The notes beneath the pieces are model-generated. The model was not told where the DNA came from. It ran no database searches and was given only the letters and a program-made list of their open reading frames with translations. From NCBI GenBank assembly GCA_937900255.1, contig CALCDZ010000004.1, forward strand, positions 100,413 to 164,412: a stretch of DNA of 64,000 nt, given 5' to 3'. The stretch comes from an uncultured bacterium (GTDB taxonomy: Bacteria > Patescibacteriota > Patescibacteriia > SG8-24 > DYFX01). Both the position numbers and the translations under genes were made by a program. This document shows positions 26,617-35,699 of the stretch, in pieces (within the stretch, counting starts at the first letter, position 1; the number at the start of each line of letters is the position of its first letter).

Positions 26617-26834
26617 CCGCCGGAAAGTTGGAACTCCCTCCTGGACTATGTGAGGAAGTGGTATCTGGTCATCAAATCCCTAGATCCAAGACGCGTCAGG
26701 GCTCGTCAGCGGCCTTCCATGGGGCGGGAGTCGTGCGCTGCTCCAAGCCATCCTTCAGGAAGGCCAGAAATACCTTCGGAAATGCCCATTTTTTAGGGCT
26801 TGCCGTTCTTGCTGGACTGTACGATAATCTGGCC

Positions 26835-29800
26835 ATGATGAGACTGATTACCGCCACCCATATCAAGAACTGGGCGGAAAACGATGAGCGGCGCTGCCAG
26901 GACACCCTGCCGCTTCTCCTTCGTCGTTTGATATGGGCCACGACGGGAAGCCCCCCGAAAGACCTCCACTTCCCAACCGGAGATAGCGTCGTGCTCGGAG
27001 GGTGGGACGGTCGCCTCGAAACCCCCGTAGTTTTCCCGTACTTCCCCGATGGCATCTCCCGCTGGGAAATCGGCACGGGCGCCTCTCCCGGCGTAAAAGC
27101 GGAGCAGGATTTCGCCAAGCGTAGTAAGGATCCGCACGGAGCAAACCCCCAAGAGACGACCTTCGTCTTCGTGACCCCTCGGCCTTGGCCGGAGCACGCC
27201 GACTGGGTGAAGGCGAAGAAGGATCTGAAAATCTGGAAAGACGTCCGCGTCGTCAACGCGGACGCGCTCGAGGCGTGGCTCGCGCTCGCCCCGGTCGTCG
27301 CCCTGTGGCTTTCGCGAGAACTTGGGTTGACGCCCACCCCGGGCATGCGCGATATCGAACGGACATGGGAAGAGTTCGCCTTATCGTCAGTCGAGCCGCT
27401 CACCACCGAGCTGGTGATCGCTGGTCGTAAGGCGGAGGTCGAAGCGGTGCACGGATGGCTCAGACACACGGCCGACGTCCATGCAGTCCGTGGCGACTCT
27501 ACGGACGAGGCGTCCGCCTTTTTGTACTCAGCGATTGACGCCCTTCCTGGAGATGACCGCGAGAAGGAACTCTCGCGGTGCATCGTCGTGGATGGCCTGC
27601 AGCAGTTCCGCGATTGCGCGGAAGCTTTTGAGAAAACTCCCCTCATCATTGTCGTGCCGAACGATTGCCGTCCCGCAGTTGGTTGGGCGGTGAGGAAAGG
27701 TCATCACGTTTTCTTGTGCGTGGAACCGCAGGCGATCGGTGGCGCAGGGGATGTGAGACTGTCGCGGCCGCGTCGGGGCGTCGTTGAAGAAGCTTTGAAA
27801 AAAATGGGCTTGTCGGATGACAAGGCTCAAAAGTTTACTCGAGATTTCGGCCATAGCATCCCCGTCCTGCGACGGCACCTCTCTCGATCCAATGCTGTAA
27901 GCGCTCCGGCTTGGGCAAGCGCTGATTCGGCGCAGGCACTTTTGCCAATCTTGCTTGCTGGCGCATGGACTGAAGAAAAGGAAGGCGACCAGGAAGTGAT
28001 TCAAATGCTTTCCGGGTCAACCCACGAGGAATATACCAAGGTGCTGAGTGGTTTTTTGCAGATCGAGGATTCCCCGATTCGCAAAGTTGGGAAAGTCTGG
28101 ACGCTTAAGGCTCCTCTGGATGCCTGGTTTCTTCTTGCTGGTCAACTTACGGACGCCTCATTGAAATCGCTGGGGCAAGTCGTTCACGCTGTTCTTACAC
28201 AGACCGATCCGAAATATGACCTACCCGCAGACAAGCGTTGGTCTGCGGCCATATACGGAAAGTCCAACCGCTATTCCGAATGGATTCGCACAGGCCTCGT
28301 TGAATCCCTGGTTCTTCTTGCTGTGCACGGTGAGCGCGCTTCTCAGGCTGCTGCGCCGCAGGCTTTTGCTAATACGGTAGTTAAAGACGTATTGGAATCA
28401 GCTAAAAAATGGGAGATGTGGGCGTCCTTGAATGACGTTCTCCCGCTCATTGCCGAAGCTGCACCAGACGCATTCCTTGATGCAATCGAGAAAAACGTAA
28501 AAGAGAACCCAGTTCTCTTCGAAGAGTTGATGCAGGACGATGCCAGCATGTTTGGTGAGTGCAAGCACGCGGGGCTGCTGTGGGGTCTTGAATCTCTTGC
28601 ATGGAGTACGACCTACTTCAGTCGAGCCGCGCAAGCCCTCATGAGTCTCGGCAAAATCGATAAGGGTGGACGCTTTGCAAATCGACCAATGAATAGCCTG
28701 GGAGAAGTGTTTCTGCCAGGTCTTCCACAGACCCACGCTTCTCCCAAGGATCGTTTGGCAGTTTTTGATGTACTCGTCGGAAAAGACCACCAAAGCGTTT
28801 GGGGGTTCAGTAAAAATTATTTTAATGGCGGAGCCATCAGCGAATCCCATAGGTTTCGATGGCGAGCTTCGGGTGGTGATCGACGTGGCTTGGAATCCGA
28901 AGACGCAAGGGACTACAAGGAATACATGGAAGGGCTTCTTCCGAGGCTTAGTAGTTTGGCGTCCTTGCGTGAAAATATTGTGTCATCGCACGAAAACTTT
29001 CTTCACCTTTCGCCCAGCATAAAGGATCGGCTCATCACCACGTTGCTCGAAATGGCCCCGGATACATTCTCAAAAACCGAAAGAGAACAGCTGCTTCAAA
29101 ATGTTCGGAACACTTTGAATTGGATCAACAGTTATGGAGAGGGGAAGGATAGGCAATACGTAGAAGGGCTCAGTAAAATCTTAACGATTTTTGAGCCCAA
29201 AGAGACGCTTGAACGGGTGGGCTGGCTTTTAGAGACACCATGGCCCACCCTTCCACAGGGTGAAACACGCAGCTATGAAGAGAAACAAGCAGAAGTAAAA
29301 GCGGCGCAGCTGGCGGCGGCGCGCGAAATCCTGGATCAAGTGCCGCTTAAGAATATCCTAGAGTACGCAAACGCTCTCCAGCACGTCGGCATTTTTGGAT
29401 TCTCTCTCGGGTGTGCGATTCGTGACGCCAAAGAAGATGAAGTTGTCCTTGAAGGTATTCTTAAGAATGCTGATCATAACTCCGGTCTTGTTAAAGGGTA
29501 TGCACTTGGCAGGGTTGAAAAGTTGGGAGCTGAATGGGTGGATCAACAAATAGTGCGCTTGCAAGCACTTGGAGGCTATTCAGATGAAGACTACGCCTTG
29601 TTGTATTTTGGGCTTCCCGAAGGGGCGGAAACATGGGTCGCGGTAAGCGCTTCTGGCAAGGGCGTTGAAGACGCGTACTGGAAACAAGCCCGAGGCTTCT
29701 CTCGAACTGATAAGACGGAAGACGCCGAGCTCGCCGTTGAAAAGCTGCTCGATGCCAAACGTCCTTTGGTTGCTCTTGATGTTGCTGGCGATCCGAAGCT

Positions 29801-30635
29801 TTCGATTTCAAGTCAGCTACTCAAAAGACTCATACAGGAAATCCTCGCAATCGATCCAGAGGATGAGAAGGTTAGATTTGATACGATGGCGAGTTTTCAT
29901 CTCGCACATGTATTCAACCAGCTATACAAACAAGGAGAACTCTCCCTTGAAGAGATCGCGATGCTGGAGTGGCCCTTCGCCGCACTTTTGGACGACATTC
30001 AAAGACACAGCTCTGTACCCACGGCTATTCATAGGTTACTGCAGAAAGAGCCAAAGTTTTTTGCGCAGCTCGTTTCGTTTGCATACAAGCGAGACGATTT
30101 TACTCCTGATCCGGGCCGCGAAGGACTCGACGAAAAGAAAGCACAGAACATGGCTCGGAATGCTCATGAGGTATTGAGGTCATGGCGTCTGTTCCCAGGT
30201 CTCAAGGATGATGGCTCACTCGATGAAAAGGACTTAAGGAGTTGGGTTGATCAAGCCAGACAACTGTGCGCCGCGACAAAATATGTAAAGGGTGGGGATC
30301 TGCAGATTGCGGAAATGTTTGCGTACGCACCGAGCGATCTCGATGGGACTTGGCCCCATGTTGCCGTTCGGAACATTATTGAAGATCTGAACAACGAACT
30401 GATTAATAAACACATTCAGACCGGCGTATACAATAGTCGGGGCGTCGTTTCTCGTAGCATGAATGATGGGGGTGCTCAAGAGAGAAAACTGGCACAAAAA
30501 TACCGTGATATGAGCGAAGCCGTGAACGCTAAGTGGCCGCGCACGGGTGCGTTGCTTCGTTCGATCGCGGAAGCCTACGAGCAACAGGCGAAACACGAAG
30601 ACGTCACAGTTGAACTGTACGATCTGCGCTTCTGA
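26835..30635 (+). CDS. Large protein of unknown function (1266 aa from ATG 26835; the ORF opens at 26628). Mostly alpha-helical. No Walker A/P-loop or other recognisable catalytic motif found by eye.
   Basis: Single uninterrupted ORF across the GC gradient. N-terminal about 150 aa globular domain (MMRLITATHIKNWAEN...LPLLLRRLIW...FPDGISRWEIGTG). Long helical body. Translationally linked (12-nt gap) to the downstream genes. Confidence 0.55.
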   Translation: MMRLITATHIKNWAENDERRCQDTLPLLLRRLIWATTGSPPKDLHFPTGDSVVLGGWDGRLETPVVFPYFPDGISRWEIGTGASPGVKAEQDFAKRSKDPHGANPQETTFVFVTPRPWPEHADWVKAKKDLKIWKDVRVVNADALEAWLALAPVVALWLSRELGLTPTPGMRDIERTWEEFALSSVEPLTTELVIAGRKAEVEAVHGWLRHTADVHAVRGDSTDEASAFLYSAIDALPGDDREKELSRCIVVDGLQQFRDCAEAFEKTPLIIVVPNDCRPAVGWAVRKGHHVFLCVEPQAIGGAGDVRLSRPRRGVVEEALKKMGLSDDKAQKFTRDFGHSIPVLRRHLSRSNAVSAPAWASADSAQALLPILLAGAWTEEKEGDQEVIQMLSGSTHEEYTKVLSGFLQIEDSPIRKVGKVWTLKAPLDAWFLLAGQLTDASLKSLGQVVHAVLTQTDPKYDLPADKRWSAAIYGKSNRYSEWIRTGLVESLVLLAVHGERASQAAAPQAFANTVVKDVLESAKKWEMWASLNDVLPLIAEAAPDAFLDAIEKNVKENPVLFEELMQDDASMFGECKHAGLLWGLESLAWSTTYFSRAAQALMSLGKIDKGGRFANRPMNSLGEVFLPGLPQTHASPKDRLAVFDVLVGKDHQSVWGFSKNYFNGGAISESHRFRWRASGGDRRGLESEDARDYKEYMEGLLPRLSSLASLRENIVSSHENFLHLSPSIKDRLITTLLEMAPDTFSKTEREQLLQNVRNTLNWINSYGEGKDRQYVEGLSKILTIFEPKETLERVGWLLETPWPTLPQGETRSYEEKQAEVKAAQLAAAREILDQVPLKNILEYANALQHVGIFGFSLGCAIRDAKEDEVVLEGILKNADHNSGLVKGYALGRVEKLGAEWVDQQIVRLQALGGYSDEDYALLYFGLPEGAETWVAVSASGKGVEDAYWKQARGFSRTDKTEDAELAVEKLLDAKRPLVALDVAGDPKLSISSQLLKRLIQEILAIDPEDEKVRFDTMASFHLAHVFNQLYKQGELSLEEIAMLEWPFAALLDDIQRHSSVPTAIHRLLQKEPKFFAQLVSFAYKRDDFTPDPGREGLDEKKAQNMARNAHEVLRSWRLFPGLKDDGSLDEKDLRSWVDQARQLCAATKYVKGGDLQIAEMFAYAPSDLDGTWPHVAVRNIIEDLNNELINKHIQTGVYNSRGVVSRSMNDGGAQERKLAQKYRDMSEAVNAKWPRTGALLRSIAEAYEQQAKHEDVTVELYDLRF

Positions 30636-30647
30636 TGCTTCTGATTC

Positions 30648-31004
30648 ATGAAACCTGCAAGCGCCATTCTTATCGGCTTGGCATCAGCTCTTACGGGGTA
30701 TTTTATTTGGGCTCTTCATAAGAGAACTAAGGAGTTGGTGTACGGGTTTGTTAAAGCGCTTTTTGTCCCCATCATTCTGGTACTGGTTGTATTTGCTTAC
30801 GGAGAAACGGCAGGATGGGGATGGCTGGAAAAGGTTGGCTGGGCTATTGGGTATACCGTTGCCGGTATTATCGGGGCGATAGTGATTATGATTGTGGGAG
30901 GGGTGATTTTAATTAATTTGAGAGAGCGTTGGGAAATGAGAGCTGCATTTGTCGAGAAAGAAGAAGGAGAGAAGGAGCGCCCTAGCGAAGTTTCACATGG
31001 ATAG
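30648..31004 (+). CDS. Small membrane protein (118 aa, 3 TM helices, charged C-terminal tail)
   Basis: Hydrophobic segments ILIGLASALTGYFIWAL, FVPIILVLVVFAY, AGIIGAIVIMIVGGVILI. 12 nt after the large gene. Its stop overlaps the next start. Confidence 0.5.
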   Translation: MKPASAILIGLASALTGYFIWALHKRTKELVYGFVKALFVPIILVLVVFAYGETAGWGWLEKVGWAIGYTVAGIIGAIVIMIVGGVILINLRERWEMRAAFVEKEEGEKERPSEVSHG

Positions 31005-32082
31005 AAATAAGAGTATTTTCCTTGCGTTCGTTGGCCAACCAATTGAGCAGGTCGATGCAATATTTGAGATACAAAACGGTTATGAATGTTGGGACTTAAA
31101 ACAATTCAAACGTGATGAGTTTATTGAAGCACTAAAGAAAAAAATAACACCCATTAATGACAATGTATTAAAGTTTTATAGTGCGGAGACAGCATCGCAC
31201 GATTCTTTCGGTATCACAGAAGAACAATATGGAGAATGCTCCTGGGGATTACTGATCCCTGAGGGTCGTGAAGATGTATATTCGGCCGCGTACGCTGAAA
31301 CGATATTTTTATTGAACCTTTATTCACCCACGTTCCTTCGTCCTATTTTCTACGGCTCCGAAATGGGCATTCACCCTATAGCACACGATCAGCCCACTTT
31401 TTTCTTTGCCCATTTTCAGAACCAGTCGCACATTTTCAAGACGAAAGGTTTTGTCACCTTTTTCAAAACACTGCTCCCTCAATCCCAATATGGGACTTGG
31501 CAGCTAGACCGTATACAAAAGTGGGGAAAAGAAGATTGGAGACTTTTTGTTGCGGGCTGGCTCTATTCGGGACTCAAGGACTACGAAAATAGTAAAAACT
31601 CTTTCGGGTGGCAAAGAGAATCTGCTGACATGGCTGCCATATTGGAGGCACTGTTTACAGCAGGTGATTCACAAAACGAGGAAGTGGGTTATAGATTAAG
31701 AAAAAGGATGGCCGCCCTCCTTTCCTGGATATTTCCAGAAATAGAAAAAGAAGTAAAAGATTTGTACACTCAGCGAAGCGCGTTTGTTCACGGATCTTTT
31801 TTTGCACAAATCGAGAAAGACACTAGACATAGCTACAATAACTTACCGTCCCCCGATTTCAATTTGTTGTATAAACAAAAGGAGCATGTGCGGCTGGCTT
31901 TGATTTCTTATCTGCACCTCGCCAGACTTCTCAATGAGAAACCTCTTGAGTATGAAGGCAACACGACGGTGATTAACGCTCTTGAAGAGGCAGTTATCAA
32001 TGTTGCGTTGCGAGATAAGCTGACTAGTGAGGTTCGCAATCTGTTTTCAATGATGCCGACCCCATATTTTAAAATGTTTTAA
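30997..32082 (+). CDS. Hypothetical 361-aa protein with a HEPN-like R-x4-H-G motif (putative Abi/HEPN-type RNase effector)
   Basis: Motif KDLYTQRSAFVHGSFF matches the HEPN R-[polar]-x3-H-G signature in the C-terminal helical region. AT-rich (about 38% GC). In-frame ATG overlapping the upstream stop by 8 nt. Confidence 0.4.
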   Translation: MDRNKSIFLAFVGQPIEQVDAIFEIQNGYECWDLKQFKRDEFIEALKKKITPINDNVLKFYSAETASHDSFGITEEQYGECSWGLLIPEGREDVYSAAYAETIFLLNLYSPTFLRPIFYGSEMGIHPIAHDQPTFFFAHFQNQSHIFKTKGFVTFFKTLLPQSQYGTWQLDRIQKWGKEDWRLFVAGWLYSGLKDYENSKNSFGWQRESADMAAILEALFTAGDSQNEEVGYRLRKRMAALLSWIFPEIEKEVKDLYTQRSAFVHGSFFAQIEKDTRHSYNNLPSPDFNLLYKQKEHVRLALISYLHLARLLNEKPLEYEGNTTVINALEEAVINVALRDKLTSEVRNLFSMMPTPYFKMF

Positions 32083-32374
32083 GTCGACGAAGTGAGCGAT
32101 ACGGGTGTGGATAAACATCCAAAATGTTATTGATTGTTATCTGATGTTATAAATATTTCTTCCAAAGAAAGTCTTGCATCATTTTTGTAAGTTGCTAAAC
32201 TGTCGATGACAGTTGAGTTCGTCGAGAAAAGACGACCTCGGAAAAATGAGCAACTGCCGTAGTATTGTATCCATTTTCTGTGACGTATCGGGTCTGCCCC
32301 GCTGCTTCATAGAAAGTGTTTAGCGATCTACTGGCAGTAGTCCATCGCAAAGCCCAAGGCTTTGACGAGTGAGA

Positions 32375-32403
32375 AGTCGCCAGTCCACTGGCGACTTTTT
32401 TTC
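32375..32403 (+). terminator. Intrinsic terminator-like hairpin (AGTCGCCAG-TCCA-CTGGCGACT followed by T8)
   Basis: Perfect 9-bp stem and T8 in the 480-bp noncoding stretch downstream of the cargo operon. Could also be the 3' end of a small RNA. Confidence 0.45.
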
Positions 32404-32560
32404 GTGCAATGCTATCAGTCAAAAGATGCAGAGAACTTTTGGGAGAAAAGGGGTCTGACCTGACGGATGAGCAGGTGGCCACTCTTTGTGACTCATTGTA
32501 CGACATCGTGAATCTGATTTTCAACCGCCTTCAAAAAAGTAGTTAGGAACCACAGATACT

Positions 32561-32812
32561 ATGAAAATGAAACCGTTCCCAACGCCGCACTTCAGCTGCT
32601 CTGACCTCTATCTCGCTGCCTATCTTATCGCAAAAGGGCTGAGGCTTGTTGATGTGGACAAGGCTGACAGTAAGCGAGCTGTTTTCGTATTTTCTGATGT
32701 GGTGGGCAGAGAGGATACGGTCGCATCCTTTTGGTCAAAGGAGGCCCGCATAGAGCCGCGCGCCTTTATTGCTGCGATCAAGGAAGCCAAAGAACGACTT
32801 TACAGCGACTAG
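32561..32812 (+). CDS. DUF5659-domain protein
   Basis: 83 aa. FSCSDLYLAAYLIAKGLRLVDV...AVFVFSDV...ASFWSKEARIEPRAFIAAIKEAKERLYSD matches the DUF5659 pattern as recalled from memory. Confidence 0.55.
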   Translation: MKMKPFPTPHFSCSDLYLAAYLIAKGLRLVDVDKADSKRAVFVFSDVVGREDTVASFWSKEARIEPRAFIAAIKEAKERLYSD

Positions 32813-32827
32813 CGCTGTAAAAAGTGA

Positions 32828-33802
32828 ATGAATATGAGAAATCAGATCAAGTTTAAGGGCTTTCTCAAATCCTATCGATTGAAGCTGAAGAGGACGATGG
32901 ACCTCTCCGATGCCGAATATCGTCTTTTTGATGTACTTATTCACATTGTCGATTGGGATAAAGATCACGAGACTTTTGGCACGACAAGTGAATCGTTACG
33001 AGATATTAAGGAGCATTATTTGCCGCACCACGCCATCGGTAAACTTTCTGAAACCATTACGAGCCTAGCCAAACGAGATTTTCTGAAAAGACTGCGTGAC
33101 AGGATCGAGGTCAACAACTTCAAATGGCTTATTAGTAAAAGTGTTCAGGATGGTGAACGATTTAATGGCCTCGTTGATGAACCAACTGTTCACCATGATG
33201 AACGACTTGTTCAGGTTACAGAACAGAAAATTCAGCCCGGCGAACACGATGTTCATGCTTCCGAACACGGTGATAAAAAAGGCGTCGGCGAAGCACGCCA
33301 CGTAATGCCTATGAACATTGGAGAAAATGAGGTGACTGTTCACCCTGATGAAACTCAAAAAACCTCTAAAGAACATTTAGAGAAACTGAAAGAACATCAG
33401 ACAAACGAAGAAAATCTGCTGATGATTCAAAAACTGAAGAACGAATACGGTCCGGACATCGAAGTGCCGATCCGGAACTTCTCTTTGTTGCTCGTCCGAG
33501 ACGCCGCTCGTCGCATGGAAGCGCGCATTCGCCGTGGCGAGCCAGTAAAGAATCGTGTCGGCTACATTACGAAACTTTGCAAAGAAGGGATCGCATGGGA
33601 CTTAAGCGAAGAAAAAGCTGATGAGGACCGTGCTGGGGCGCGGGCTGTTGCACAAGAAGAGGAGCAGAGAAAATTGATGGAGGAGCACGATCGGCCCATG
33701 ACGCCCGAAGAGAAGGCTCGTCGAGAGGAGACCCTCAGGTCTTTTAGGGAGATGCGCAACAAGATTGGGCGCAACAACGCCCCCCCGCCTCAAAATAGAT
33801 AG
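32828..33802 (+). CDS. Hypothetical protein with an N-terminal winged-helix-like domain and a Glu/Lys/Arg-rich C-terminus (possible replication initiator or DNA-binding protein of the element)
   Basis: LSDAEYRLFDVLIHIVDW...LAKRDFLKRL (wHTH-like). Charged low-complexity tail. Positioned between DUF5659 and the iteron-like region. Confidence 0.4.
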   Translation: MNMRNQIKFKGFLKSYRLKLKRTMDLSDAEYRLFDVLIHIVDWDKDHETFGTTSESLRDIKEHYLPHHAIGKLSETITSLAKRDFLKRLRDRIEVNNFKWLISKSVQDGERFNGLVDEPTVHHDERLVQVTEQKIQPGEHDVHASEHGDKKGVGEARHVMPMNIGENEVTVHPDETQKTSKEHLEKLKEHQTNEENLLMIQKLKNEYGPDIEVPIRNFSLLLVRDAARRMEARIRRGEPVKNRVGYITKLCKEGIAWDLSEEKADEDRAGARAVAQEEEQRKLMEEHDRPMTPEEKARREETLRSFREMRNKIGRNNAPPPQNR

Positions 33803-33854
33803 CAAAAGGTTTCTTGGGAAAAATCAAATTTGAAGAGGGTGTCCCAGCGCAGAT

Positions 33855-34186
33855 CATTAAATCGCCAAAGACAACTCCCACCACCCCTTTCCCAATCCTT
33901 ACATACGGGGCGATGAAGATGAGGTGTCACCCCGTATGGCGAGGTGCTATCGCCTGTTATGCCGGATATACATTTGTTGAGGTGCGGTGCATCTAACCAG
34001 TGAGCACTCTTGGCAAAACAAAAAATGCCCCGACAGGCACCAACGTCATTAAATAGCCATTTCATTTAGTCCGTGTGGAGCAAATGCGCACATCTAACGA
34101 CATTTGAATCATATCAGACGAGCCCGCCGCGTCAAGAGAGGGCATCAACTCACATTTGCTTCATCCTACAGCATTAAATGGCTATT
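33855..34186. promoter_or_regulatory. AT-rich noncoding region with three CATTAAAT[CAG]GC repeats, including the inverted pair AAATAGCCATTT / AAATGGCTATT. Candidate binding sites or origin for the element
   Basis: Copies at 33855..33866, 34047..34062 and 34172..34186. Located between the wHTH gene and the excisionase-like gene. Confidence 0.35.
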
Positions 34187-34203
34187 AATAGCATTGAACG
34201 TGT

Positions 34204-34437
34204 ATGAACCAGTCTTCAGAGGCACGAATAGGATCAACTGCGGAATCGGAAGCGCTCGGCATCAAGGCCGTAGCGCAATCCCTAGGCGTTTCCAGGGCGA
34301 CGGTCTTGCGTTGGATTCGAGCAAAGAAACTCGAAGGGTTCTTTCGCATCGGTCATAAATGGCTTATTCGGAAGTCTGACTTCGAATCATTTATCAATGG
34401 AAGAGTGGCCCAGCAATCAAGGAATGATGCCGTATGA
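34204..34437 (+). CDS. Excisionase/AlpA-family helix-turn-helix DNA-binding protein (HTH_17)
   Basis: VSRATVLRWIRAKKLEGFFRIGHKWLIRKSDFESFI is the excisionase-family HTH signature. Upstream of the recombinases. Confidence 0.7.
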   Translation: MNQSSEARIGSTAESEALGIKAVAQSLGVSRATVLRWIRAKKLEGFFRIGHKWLIRKSDFESFINGRVAQQSRNDAV

Positions 34438-34823
34438 AATATCTCGCAATCATCTTTATTGTCTTTTGGATCCTTGTCGCAACGTCCATGCTTCGGGATG
34501 AGCACAAGGAATCAAAGAGTAAAGGGAAAAGAGTGAATATATTTCAGAAAGCGTCAACGCTGTTATTGTTGCTCATTGGTTCATTAGTACTTACAGCTTT
34601 CGGACTTGGCCTCGTTGGTGGCCTCGTGTTTTTCATTCCTTCATCCATTCGCTATTTACTCACCGCACATTCCGGCTACCAGCTGTTTATTGGGTTGGGG
34701 GGACTGGCTATTTCAATTCTCCTTCTGAACATCTGTAGGCCACTTTGGGAAATGCTTATCGATCGCCTGCGTGCAGCTGCCAACTTCATTCGGAAATTAA
34801 GCGCACACAAATGGAAACTCTAA
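34434..34823 (+). CDS. Small membrane protein (129 aa, 3 TM), hypothetical
   Basis: Hydrophobic ORF overlapping the excisionase stop (ATGA) and the integrase start. Confidence 0.4.
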   Translation: MKYLAIIFIVFWILVATSMLRDEHKESKSKGKRVNIFQKASTLLLLLIGSLVLTAFGLGLVGGLVFFIPSSIRYLLTAHSGYQLFIGLGGLAISILLLNICRPLWEMLIDRLRAAANFIRKLSAHKWKL

Positions 34824-35698
34824 TAAATCAATACCTGGACTACCTCATCGTAGAGCGGAACTTTTCGCCACGCACAGTTGAGGCATACGAACATGATCTT
34901 GGTAAGTTTACGGGATTCCTACAGGCCAACGGTCGTTCAGACGTGCTTGCCGTGACACAGGAAGATGTAAGTCATTTTCTTTCTGAATGTGCCGACACAA
35001 ACAGCGCCGTTACGTTGACGCGCAAGCTATTTGCCATCCGCTCCCTGTTCAAATATCTGTTGCGTAAAAAATTGATCGTGGTTAACCCCACGAGCGAAAT
35101 CGAGAAAATGAAGCTTCCTCAGAAGCAGCCTGCCTACCTTACGGAATCTGAGTATCGAAATCTGATTGAAACAGTGAAAAGAGAAGCGGCCCCCTATGAT
35201 CGATTACGTGATATCGCCATCGTCCTTCTCTTGCTCGGCACCGGCATACGCCTTTCAGAACTCGTGGGGCTCACTCTCGACAGGGTTAGTTTGGAGAAGA
35301 CCGGCAGGAGCATCAAGGTAAGGGGTAAGGGTGATAAAGAACGAACCATCCCCCTAATGGGCGAGGTCGTATCTGTTCTCGAAACGTACTTGAAACACCG
35401 CCCCAAGGTCACCAGCGACCACTTGTTCATTAGTCGGCGTGGCGACACGCTACATCCGCGTAGTGTCTACGGTCTTGTAAAAAAATATCTTCAAAAATCA
35501 GATATACAAAAAACCAAGGCGGCTGTTCATTCGTTGCGCCACACTTTTGGAACTTCGTTGATGAACAACGGAGTTAATATCGTGGTCATCCAGGAACTTC
35601 TTGGACACAAGAAGCTGGAGACTACGCGGCGCTATCTGCACATCAACAACATTGATTTGCGTAACGCCGTCGATTCATTGGTCTTGAGCAAACCTTGA
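34811..35698 (+). CDS. Tyrosine recombinase/integrase (XerC/XerD-like)
   Basis: N-terminal SAM-like domain (YLDYLIVERNFSPRTVEAYEHDL). Catalytic residues R (GTGIRLSEL), K, HSLRHTFGT, R, and Y in LGHKKLETTRRYLH. Confidence 0.85.
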   Translation: METLINQYLDYLIVERNFSPRTVEAYEHDLGKFTGFLQANGRSDVLAVTQEDVSHFLSECADTNSAVTLTRKLFAIRSLFKYLLRKKLIVVNPTSEIEKMKLPQKQPAYLTESEYRNLIETVKREAAPYDRLRDIAIVLLLLGTGIRLSELVGLTLDRVSLEKTGRSIKVRGKGDKERTIPLMGEVVSVLETYLKHRPKVTSDHLFISRRGDTLHPRSVYGLVKKYLQKSDIQKTKAAVHSLRHTFGTSLMNNGVNIVVIQELLGHKKLETTRRYLHINNIDLRNAVDSLVLSKP

Positions 35699-35699
35699 T

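Noticed and set aside
26628-26834. Upstream extension of the giant island ORF (start 26628 versus 26835)
   Set aside because: The first 69 codons (MELPPGLCEEVVSGHQ...) span attL and the junction and look non-conserved. ATG 26835 is preferred but the true start is uncertain.
26835-30635. STAND/AAA+ NTPase or helicase assignment for the 1266-aa island protein
   Set aside because: No GxxxxGK[ST] Walker A, DEAD/DExH or Walker B motif could be found by eye. Left as unknown function.
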